Shown in pieces: positions 9,180 to 16,554 of a stretch of 32,000 nucleotides of DNA. The position numbers and the translations under genes are program-made. This DNA is from Rhabdonatronobacter sediminivivens (GTDB taxonomy: Bacteria > Pseudomonadota > Alphaproteobacteria > Rhodobacterales > Rhodobacteraceae). Below the pieces are notes generated by a model that worked only from the letters and a program-made list of their open reading frames with translations, had not been told where the DNA came from and made no database searches. Positions within the stretch are counted from its first letter, which is position 1. Every line of letters begins with the position of its first letter. The stretch spans positions 1 through 32,000 of the forward strand of contig NZ_JACBXS010000036.1 in assembly GCF_013415485.1 (NCBI RefSeq). The letters run 5' to 3'.

Positions 9180-10315
9180 TGATCTCGCCCCGCGCGTTTC
9201 ATGCCGCCCTGGCGGCCGAGGGCGTCGATTTCCTGGCCGGGGTGCCCGATTCCCTGCTCAAGGAGTTCTGCGCCTATGTGGATGCCGCCCTGCCCCCCGA
9301 AGGGCATGTGATCGCCGCCAATGAAGGCACCGCCGTGGGGCTGGCGGCGGGCCATCACCTGGCCACCGGCAGCCTGCCGCTGGTCTATCTGCAGAATTCG
9401 GGGCTGGGGAACACGGTCAACCCGATCCTGTCGCTGGCCGACCCCGAGGTCTACGCCCTGCCGATGATCGTCATGGTGGGCTGGCGCGGCGCCCCCGGCG
9501 TCAAGGATGAGCCCCAGCACGTCAAGCAGGGCCGGGTCACGCCCGCGCTGCTCGATGCGATGGAACTGCCATACCGCGCCCTGGACGGCGACCCCGAGGC
9601 CGCCGCCGAGGCCGCCGCCTGGGCTTGCCGCACCGCGCGCGAGACCTCCGCGCCGGTGGTGCTGCTGGTGCACAAGGGCGCCTTTGCCAAGGCCGAGGAA
9701 AAGCGCCCCGCGCGCGACATCCCCGACACCATGCTGACGCGCGAGGCCGCGATCCGGCTGATCACCGGCACCCTGCCCGCCGGCGCCACCATCGTTGCCA
9801 CCACCGGCATGATCTCGCGCGAGCTCTACGAATCGCGCGGGGCGCTGGGGCAGGACCGGTCCGGCGATTTCCTGACCGTGGGGTCCATGGGTCATGCCTC
9901 GCAGATCGCGCTGGGGATCGCGCGGGCAAGGCCCGGCGCGCAGGTGGTCTGCCTGGATGGCGATGGCGCGGCGCTGATGCATCTGGGCGGCATGGCCACG
10001 GTGGGCACCAGCGCAACCGGCGATCTGCTGCATGTGGTGCTCAACAATGGCGCCCATGACAGCGTCGGCGGGCAGCCCACGGTGGCGCAGCAGATCGCGC
10101 TTACGGGGATCGCGCGGGCCTGCGGCTATGACGCCGTCGAAGGCCCGGTCGAGGCCGAGGCCGATATCCGCGCCCAGGTCGATCGCCTGGCGCAGGCCCC
10201 GGGCCGGCGCTTCCTGGAGGTGCGCGTCCGCCCCGGTTCGCGCGCCGATCTGGGCCGGCCAAAGGAAAGCCCCGCGGAAAACAAGGCGCAATTCATCGCC
10301 CGGCTGCGCGGCTGA
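9176..10315 (+). CDS. ppd: Phosphonopyruvate decarboxylase (ThDP-dependent)
   Basis: [58 protein letters not shown]. Its ATG overlaps the pepM stop (ATGA). Confidence 0.95.
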   Translation: MMISPRAFHAALAAEGVDFLAGVPDSLLKEFCAYVDAALPPEGHVIAANEGTAVGLAAGHHLATGSLPLVYLQNSGLGNTVNPILSLADPEVYALPMIVMVGWRGAPGVKDEPQHVKQGRVTPALLDAMELPYRALDGDPEAAAEAAAWACRTARETSAPVVLLVHKGAFAKAEEKRPARDIPDTMLTREAAIRLITGTLPAGATIVATTGMISRELYESRGALGQDRSGDFLTVGSMGHASQIALGIARARPGAQVVCLDGDGAALMHLGGMATVGTSATGDLLHVVLNNGAHDSVGGQPTVAQQIALTGIARACGYDAVEGPVEAEADIRAQVDRLAQAPGRRFLEVRVRPGSRADLGRPKESPAENKAQFIARLRG

Positions 10316-10360
10316 CCCCGCGCGCCGCCACAGGACATTCAGACAGAACGGGAGACGCCG

Positions 10361-11494
10361 ATGCCGTCCCAGCCGTGGAGTTTCCACAACCCCGTGAAGG
10401 TGCAGTTCGGGGCGCAATCGCGCAAGGGGCTGGCCGCCACCCTGGCCGGGCAGAAGCTGCTGGTGGTGACCACCGCCCGCGGGCGCGCGCAATTCACCGA
10501 TGACCCGCATCTGGGCACCATCCAGGCCGATCTGACCTGGGTGGACAGCGTCAGCCCCAATCCCGGGCTGACCGACACGCAAAGGGAAATCGACCGGCTG
10601 GCGGGGCAGGACTTCGATGCGGTGCTGGCCTTTGGCGGCGGCTCGGCCATGGATGCGGCCAAGGCGCTGGCGGCGGCGCTGACCCCGGGGCTGGCCTGCC
10701 GCGATCTGGCCAGGCTGATCGACGATCCGGGCGCGCATCTGGACCGACCCCTGCTGCCCATCCATGCGGTCACCACCACCTCCGGCACCGGGGCCGAGGT
10801 CACGCCCTTTGCCACCATCTGGGACCATGAAAACCGCAGGAAACTGTCGCTGGCCAGCCCGCGTCTGTTCCCGGCCACGGCGGTGGTGGATCCGGAACTG
10901 ACCCACGGGCTGCCCGCTGCGGCCACGCTGGGCACCAGCCTGGACGCCATGAACCAGGCGTTCGAATCGGTCTGGAACCGCAACCGCACGCCGATGACCA
11001 CGCTGATGGCCGCCCGCGCCATCGGCCTGGCGCTGCAGGCGATCCCGCGGCTGGTGGCCGATCTGGACGACCACCCCGCCCGCGCCCAGATCGCCGAGGC
11101 CAGCCTGCTGGCGGGGCTGTGCATCAGCCAGACCCGCACCGCGATCTGCCATTCCATGTCCTATCCGCTGACCGCGCATTTCGGCATCGCCCACGGGCTG
11201 GCCTGTGCCGCCACCATGTCGGCGGTGGCCCATGAGGTGCTGGAGCACGCCCCCGATGGCCTGGACGAGGTCGCCGCGCTGAACGGCATGGCGGGGGCCC
11301 GCGCGCTGGTGGCGCACCTGGACACGGTGCTGGCGGGGACCGATCTGCGCGCCCTTGTCGCCGCCGACCTGCCAGAGCCGGAAGCCATCCTCGCCCTGCG
11401 CGGCGAGATGTTCACGCCCGGGCGCAGTGACAATTTCATCCTGCCCGTGGATCATGACATGCTGGGCCGGGTGCTGACACGCGCCCTTGGTTGA
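10361..11494 (+). CDS. Group III iron-containing alcohol dehydrogenase, predicted phosphonoacetaldehyde reductase (PhpC/FomC-like)
   Basis: WSFHNPVKVQFG, AFGGGSAMDAAKA, and a His-rich metal site ...CHSMSYPLTAHFGIAHG. GGGAG lies 6 nt upstream of the ATG. The functional call rests on its position directly after pepM-ppd. Confidence 0.85.
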   Translation: MPSQPWSFHNPVKVQFGAQSRKGLAATLAGQKLLVVTTARGRAQFTDDPHLGTIQADLTWVDSVSPNPGLTDTQREIDRLAGQDFDAVLAFGGGSAMDAAKALAAALTPGLACRDLARLIDDPGAHLDRPLLPIHAVTTTSGTGAEVTPFATIWDHENRRKLSLASPRLFPATAVVDPELTHGLPAAATLGTSLDAMNQAFESVWNRNRTPMTTLMAARAIGLALQAIPRLVADLDDHPARAQIAEASLLAGLCISQTRTAICHSMSYPLTAHFGIAHGLACAATMSAVAHEVLEHAPDGLDEVAALNGMAGARALVAHLDTVLAGTDLRALVAADLPEPEAILALRGEMFTPGRSDNFILPVDHDMLGRVLTRALG

Positions 11495-11515
11495 AGCCTT
11501 GCCCGGGGGGACAGG

Positions 11516-14158
11516 ATGAAACTGGACGATCAACTCGAAGTCCTCAGGAAATCCCGGCAACTGCATCGCAGATGGTATGCCGAAACCTATGCCGATGCCG
11601 CTGCATCGGGGATGGATCCTGCCGAACATTACCTGCATGAGGGCGCCGCGCGCGGCTTCAACCCGGGCAAGTTCTTCGATACGGATTTCTATCTGGCAAG
11701 CTATCCCGATGTGCTGGCCAGCGGGCTCAATCCGGTGGTGCATTTCGAACTGGTCGGCAGCGCCGAGCGCCGCCTGACCCGGCCGCGCAAGGCCCCCGGC
11801 GCACCCGAGGACATGCTGGCCGAAGATGACATGGCACCGGACTGGACCGAAGGCGCGCATCCCCGGGCCTCGGTTCTGATTGTCCGCGGCGGGGCCCGCG
11901 GGGCGCTGGCCGGGACCGACCTGGGCCCGCGCAACCGGTTCCGGCTGCTGCGCGCGCTCAACAGCGCCGATCCCGCCGCCCCGCAGGACCTGTGCGACCA
12001 GGCGCGGGACCTGTGCGACATGATCGCCCGGCTGCAGATGGAATGGATGCCCGTATCGGAGATTCCGACGGGCAAGGCCACGCCCCTGCCCGCGCTGGAT
12101 GGTCCGGTGGTGGCGGTGATCGGCGATGCCGGCAACAGCCCTGCCGATATCGCCGCATTGACCGCGCTGGCCCGCGCCGAAAACCCGCAGGCCACGCTGG
12201 TGCTGTGCGGCACCGGCCCCGATCCGCAGCCTGACCCGGCCCCACAGGGCGGGCCACAGGACGGGCCACAGAACGGGCCACAGGCTGGTGGCGCGGATGA
12301 GGGTGAGACCATGGTCGCCGAGGCGCCCCCCCTGGCGGATGTCCTGCACACGCAGGCCCCGGTCGAGGCGCTGGCCCGGGCCAGCCGCGCCTATACCCAT
12401 GACGCCCCGGCGGGCATGGATGCGCTGATCCGGGGCGTGCCGCTGACCGTCACCGGTGATCCGTTCTACGCGGGCTGGGGGTTCACCGATGACCGCGCCG
12501 CGCTGCGCGGGCGGGCGCGGGCGATGGATTTCGCGCAGTTCCTGGCCCTGTTGCAGTATTTCGTGCCCGATGCGCTGGCCCGCGATGGCTGGTCCGCCAC
12601 CGCCCTTGAGGACGCGCCCCGGATCGGCGGCTGGCTGGTCGACTGGATCGTATCGGATGACTTCGCCATCCATTACACCGCAGGCGTGATGCGCGACAGT
12701 TTCAGCAAGGACGAGCATTTCAAGCTTGGTCAGCTGTTCGAGAAACGGAAGTTCTGGCGCCGGGCGCGGGCCGCCTATGTCCAGGCCGCCAGTTTCGACC
12801 CGGGCAATGCCCGAATTCATTTCCGCGCCGGCTACATGGCCGAGCGGCGCAAGGAATGGCGCGCGGCCGTCCCCCATTACCGGGTCGCCCTCCGCCTGCT
12901 GCCCGGCAACCCGACCTATCGCTTCCGCATGGGGTTCGCGCTGGAAAAGCAGCGCTTCTGGGAAGAGGCGGTCCATTGCTACGCCGGCGCCCTGTTGCTG
13001 GACAACACCAGCCAGAAGTTCCGCGAGCGGCTGCCCATGGCCCGCACGCTGATGAACTTCGTGCGCGATCACCGCGCGGTCAGCGCCGCGTATCTGTCCG
13101 AACTGCATGACGGCGCCGCCGTGACCACGGCCGACCTGTCGGTCAACGGGGTCTATACGGCGAAATGCCGGCTGCACATGCTGGAACACGAAGGCCGGAA
13201 GACGCGGATCTTCGAGAAGCTGATCATGCCGCACCGGGCGGCCTATGCCCTGCGCGAAGTGATCGCCAACGAGGAACTGGCCAGGCTGGATGTGCCGACC
13301 GATCTGCATTTCCCCGCCCTTCTGGGCGTGATCCGCGCCGAGGACGGTGTGCGCGCCATGTTCTTCGAGAATGTCGAGCTTGCCCCCGAAACCGCCACCG
13401 AAACCGCCACCGGGCGCGCCATCGGGGACCGGGATGGAAGCGGGGACGGCGATGACAGGGCGCGGGCGGTCGAGGCCACGGAGGCGATGGTCGCACCGCT
13501 GACGGCCCTGGCGCTGGCCGATTGCTCCACGATGGCCCTGGACCGGCTGGAAGGGCTCGGCAGTGTCTCGGACGCCGATGAGGAAGAGGCCGAGGACCTG
13601 TTCGGCGAGGTCTATCGCCGCAAGCTTGCCTGCCTGATGGACAGCCCCGAAACCGTGCAGGAGATGGAGCGCTTCATCATCGACAACGCCATCGCCCGCA
13701 AGCGCGACGAAACCGTGACCGATTACGCCACGGAACTGTGCAGCCTGCTGGGCCTGTTGCAGCCGCGGCTGGCGGGCACCTTTGCCGCACTGTCGGCCGT
13801 GCCGGGCCATGGCGATCTGAAGCCCGACAATGTGCTGCGCGACCGCGACGGCAGGCTGGTGCTGATCGACTGGCAGTATCTGGCGCTCATGCCCGCAGGG
13901 TTCGACCTGGCGCGCTTCGCCACCTGGTCGGATCTGGACTGGCACGGCTTCGAGGCGGCGGCGCGCCTTTATGCGCATAATCTGGAAACCCGTTTTCCGG
14001 CGGTGCAGGTGATGTGGTCAAGCTGTCTGTGCTATCTTCTGGATGCGCTGGCGTCGCGGCCGGGATGGGTGCAGGAATCGCATGAGGTTTCGGTGCGCCC
14101 GGCGCTGGCCGCCCTGCGCCGACTGTCGGGCCAGATCACCCTGGGAAGTTCAGAATGA
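11516..14158 (+). CDS. 880-aa multidomain protein: shared N-module, KpsC/KpsS-like (Capsule_synth) domain, TPR, and protein-kinase-like phosphotransferase domain
   Basis: N-terminus MKLDDQLEVLRKSRQLHRRWY...NPGKFFDTDFYLASYPDVLASGLNPVVHFELVG. The middle, THDAPAGMDALIRGVPLTVTGDPFYAGWGFTDDR, resembles the KpsC PFYAGWGLT motif. TPR-like region: FEKRKFWRRARAAYVQAASFDPGNARIHFRAGY. The C-terminus has HGDLKPDNVL...LIDWQY, a kinase catalytic loop. Confidence 0.85.
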   Translation: MKLDDQLEVLRKSRQLHRRWYAETYADAAASGMDPAEHYLHEGAARGFNPGKFFDTDFYLASYPDVLASGLNPVVHFELVGSAERRLTRPRKAPGAPEDMLAEDDMAPDWTEGAHPRASVLIVRGGARGALAGTDLGPRNRFRLLRALNSADPAAPQDLCDQARDLCDMIARLQMEWMPVSEIPTGKATPLPALDGPVVAVIGDAGNSPADIAALTALARAENPQATLVLCGTGPDPQPDPAPQGGPQDGPQNGPQAGGADEGETMVAEAPPLADVLHTQAPVEALARASRAYTHDAPAGMDALIRGVPLTVTGDPFYAGWGFTDDRAALRGRARAMDFAQFLALLQYFVPDALARDGWSATALEDAPRIGGWLVDWIVSDDFAIHYTAGVMRDSFSKDEHFKLGQLFEKRKFWRRARAAYVQAASFDPGNARIHFRAGYMAERRKEWRAAVPHYRVALRLLPGNPTYRFRMGFALEKQRFWEEAVHCYAGALLLDNTSQKFRERLPMARTLMNFVRDHRAVSAAYLSELHDGAAVTTADLSVNGVYTAKCRLHMLEHEGRKTRIFEKLIMPHRAAYALREVIANEELARLDVPTDLHFPALLGVIRAEDGVRAMFFENVELAPETATETATGRAIGDRDGSGDGDDRARAVEATEAMVAPLTALALADCSTMALDRLEGLGSVSDADEEEAEDLFGEVYRRKLACLMDSPETVQEMERFIIDNAIARKRDETVTDYATELCSLLGLLQPRLAGTFAALSAVPGHGDLKPDNVLRDRDGRLVLIDWQYLALMPAGFDLARFATWSDLDWHGFEAAARLYAHNLETRFPAVQVMWSSCLCYLLDALASRPGWVQESHEVSVRPALAALRRLSGQITLGSSE
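12242..12289 (+). repeat. Imperfect 12-bp x4 in-frame tandem repeat, encoding (PQxG)n linker
   Basis: ccacagggcggg / ccacaggacggg / ccacagaacggg / ccacaggctggt, inside the 880-aa gene. Confidence 0.8.
12367..12515 (+). repeat. 149-bp tract, identical except for one base, to 18451-18599 (copy A)
   Basis: Base-by-base comparison at offset 6084 gives a single mismatch, 12457 t versus 18541 c. The flanks diverge immediately on both sides. Confidence 0.9.
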
Positions 14159-16554
14159 AGATGCAACCGACCCCTTCCGCCGCTGCCCCGGTCCAGACGC
14201 CCGCCCTCGAGAAGCCCGCAGCCAAGAAGCCCGCAGCCAAGAAGGCCCCGGCCAGAGCCAAACCGGCAGCGGCGGCGGACAAGGCAGAGATGCTGTTCCA
14301 TGCCCGCGACTGGACAGGCGCGCTGGGGCAGTACCGGCTGGCGGCCCAGGCCCCCGCCCTGCAATCCTGGGCGTGGTTCCGGATCGCGCGCTGCCATGAA
14401 GAGCTGGGCGAAAGCCTGGCCGCGCGCGAATTTCACACGCGCGCCCTGCTGGCCGAGCCGCAGTTCTTCTCGCGGCTGCGGCATCTTGAGCGGATCCTGA
14501 ACCCGGCCGATCCCGCCGACCCCCTCTCCGCGTCGGCGCCCCCCCCGGTCGATACCGGCGGCACGGACCGTCTGGCCCGCACGGTCACCGCGGCGCTGCG
14601 GCCCATGCTGGCCCGGTATGACTGGGACGGCGCGATCGCCGCGCTCAGCCCCGGTTTCGCCGGCGAGCGGCTGTGCAATTTCGTGCGCCTTGGCGCATGC
14701 ATCGATCCGCAGACCGGGCTGGGCCATGGGGCGCAGGCGCTTGAGGCGCTGTATCTGCGCTGCCATCTGGAACGCGCGCTGGAGCGGGGCGACGGCTACC
14801 GTGTCATCCCCGATACCATCACCGAGGGCGAGGACCACAAGTTCACCCGCCAGGAAATCCTGCTGTCGGCACAGGACATGCTGGAGCGGCTTTACGGCGC
14901 GCATGCCGATGCGCTGGATTACCGGCTGGTGGCGGTGCATATCTCGGACCAGCTGCGGTTCTGGGAAACCTCCATCGCCCGCTGGGACGCCCTGTGCACG
15001 GATTATCCCCAGCGCCCGGAGTATCGGGTCAGCCTGGCCTTCGCCTGCATGAAGAACCGCGCCTTCGACCGTGCCGCCGCGCTGCTGGACCAGATCGAAC
15101 CGACCCGGCTGGATGCGGAAGAGCGCAGGAAGGTGGCCCGTATCCGGCGCGAGATCACCGAGCGGCGCAATGCCGGGGTGCTGGCCGATTTCCTGGAGAC
15201 GCTGGCCACGGGGCAGATCGCGCAGGCCAAGGAGATCTTCCTCGACCATGTCATCTTCATGGACGAGATGAACAAGGACCAGCATCTGCCGGTGCTGCAC
15301 GCCCTGATGGCGGCGGCGCAGAAGATCCACACCGGGGATGGCGATTTCTTCTTCAGCCCCGATCTGGCACATTCCGATCTGTTCTTCGGCGCCGATCTGC
15401 CGGACCCGCCGCACAAACCCCTGCCGGACTATCCCGCCGCACCGCCCTTCCGGCTGCTGTCGGTGGCGGGGTTCAATTATTCCGGGTCCGGGGCGGTGGG
15501 GGACTTCCTGTCGGATTACGAACCCGTCCAGGTGCTGGACCGGTCGCAATGCTACATCGGGGCCTGGCGGCTGCTGCAGGCGCAGGCGGGCGACCGGGCG
15601 GATTACTGCCGGCAACTGTGCCGCTTCGTGATGGATGCCTGCCTCGGGCTGGTGGATACCAGCCTGTCGGGGCCGGAAGTGGATTCGGCCAACTGGTTCA
15701 AGCGCCGCTGCCTGCTGCGCGCCTATACCACGCGCAAGCTTGCAACCGCGCCCATGATCGAGGCGCTGTGCCGGATGATCGATTTCGCCGCCGACGCCCA
15801 TCAGCCGGATGGCGGCAATGGCGATGACGGGGCAGCGCCTGAAGCGCCTGACCACCAGGCGGGCGGGCTGGAACAGCAGCTGCGCGATTTTCTGGTCTGG
15901 CATGCGATCGCCCCGCAGGTGACACCGGGCAAGACGCTGGTGGTGATCAACAATGACCTCAAGGCCTCGAAGATCGAGGCCAGCCGCCTGCTGCCCGCCT
16001 GCCCGACCATCACCGCCTTCCGCGACCCGCGCGATCAGTTCGTCGCGCAGATGCGTGAATCCACCTTCAACCGCCGCGATGCCGATGCCTTTGTCGAGAT
16101 GATCGAGGCCCATAACCGCGAATATCTGGAGGGCCGCGCGCGGGTGCAGGCCGCGGGCATCGACAGCATGGAGCTGCGTTTCGAAGCCTTTGTGACCGGT
16201 TCTGCCCTGCGCGACCGGGTGCTGGCCTTTGCCGGGCTGTCGGCGGACACGCCGCGGGTGGCGGCGCCCAGCTTCGACCCGGCCCGCAGCCGGGTGAGTA
16301 TCGGCATCCATCAGGGATATGAGGACCGCGCCGCGATCGACCGGGGGGCCGGGATGAAGATATACCTGCCCGCCCCTGAATACAGGCCGCCCCGTCCCTG
16401 CAGGTCACCCCGGCCTGCATTCAGGGGCACCCCGAGACCACCCAGATGCCAGGAGCCGCGACAAGCATGCGTTACACGAAACCGACCGATATTCCGGGCA
16501 CATCGCTGCGATATCGCGAAAAGCTGCGCCGCGATGAGAACGCCGACTACCTGA
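14155..16554 (+). CDS. 799-aa protein: Lys/Ala/Pro-rich N-terminus, TPR-like helical region, and sulfotransferase-like C-domain. The last ~65 codons look non-coding.
   Basis: Its ATG overlaps the previous stop (ATGA). N-terminus: EKPAAKKPAAKKAPARAKPAAAA. C-domain: FNYSGSGAVGDFL, AFRDPRDQFVAQ, LRFEAFVTGSALRDRVLAFAGL, SIGIH. This domain is paralogous to the C-terminus of the 1716-aa protein. The tail after ~16350 uses rare codons (ATA, AGG, AGA, CGA), spans a strong hairpin and overlaps the next gene. Confidence 0.75.
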   Translation: MKMQPTPSAAAPVQTPALEKPAAKKPAAKKAPARAKPAAAADKAEMLFHARDWTGALGQYRLAAQAPALQSWAWFRIARCHEELGESLAAREFHTRALLAEPQFFSRLRHLERILNPADPADPLSASAPPPVDTGGTDRLARTVTAALRPMLARYDWDGAIAALSPGFAGERLCNFVRLGACIDPQTGLGHGAQALEALYLRCHLERALERGDGYRVIPDTITEGEDHKFTRQEILLSAQDMLERLYGAHADALDYRLVAVHISDQLRFWETSIARWDALCTDYPQRPEYRVSLAFACMKNRAFDRAAALLDQIEPTRLDAEERRKVARIRREITERRNAGVLADFLETLATGQIAQAKEIFLDHVIFMDEMNKDQHLPVLHALMAAAQKIHTGDGDFFFSPDLAHSDLFFGADLPDPPHKPLPDYPAAPPFRLLSVAGFNYSGSGAVGDFLSDYEPVQVLDRSQCYIGAWRLLQAQAGDRADYCRQLCRFVMDACLGLVDTSLSGPEVDSANWFKRRCLLRAYTTRKLATAPMIEALCRMIDFAADAHQPDGGNGDDGAAPEAPDHQAGGLEQQLRDFLVWHAIAPQVTPGKTLVVINNDLKASKIEASRLLPACPTITAFRDPRDQFVAQMRESTFNRRDADAFVEMIEAHNREYLEGRARVQAAGIDSMELRFEAFVTGSALRDRVLAFAGLSADTPRVAAPSFDPARSRVSIGIHQGYEDRAAIDRGAGMKIYLPAPEYRPPRPCRSPRPAFRGTPRPPRCQEPRQACVTRNRPIFRAHRCDIAKSCAAMRTPTT
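16373..16427 (+). other. 17-bp stem (one A-C mismatch) with a 21-nt loop: intercistronic RNA or DNA hairpin
   Basis: cccctgaatacaggccg ... cggcctgcattcagggg. It lies 40 nt upstream of ATG 16467 and its AGGAG (16451-16455). No U-tract. Confidence 0.6.

Noticed and set aside
9062-13978. 1638-aa minus-strand ORF, the longest in the track
   Set aside because: It lies antisense to four + strand genes with unmistakable enzyme motifs (PepM 3' end, Ppd, Fe-ADH and the 880-aa protein). Its translation is Arg/Gly/Pro/Ala/His-rich low complexity with no motifs. Long stop-free antisense frames are expected at this GC content.
14032-16311. 759-aa minus-strand ORF
   Set aside because: It lies antisense to the 799-aa gene, which has a paralogous domain elsewhere in the window that supports the + frame. 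The composition is typical of a GC-rich antisense frame.
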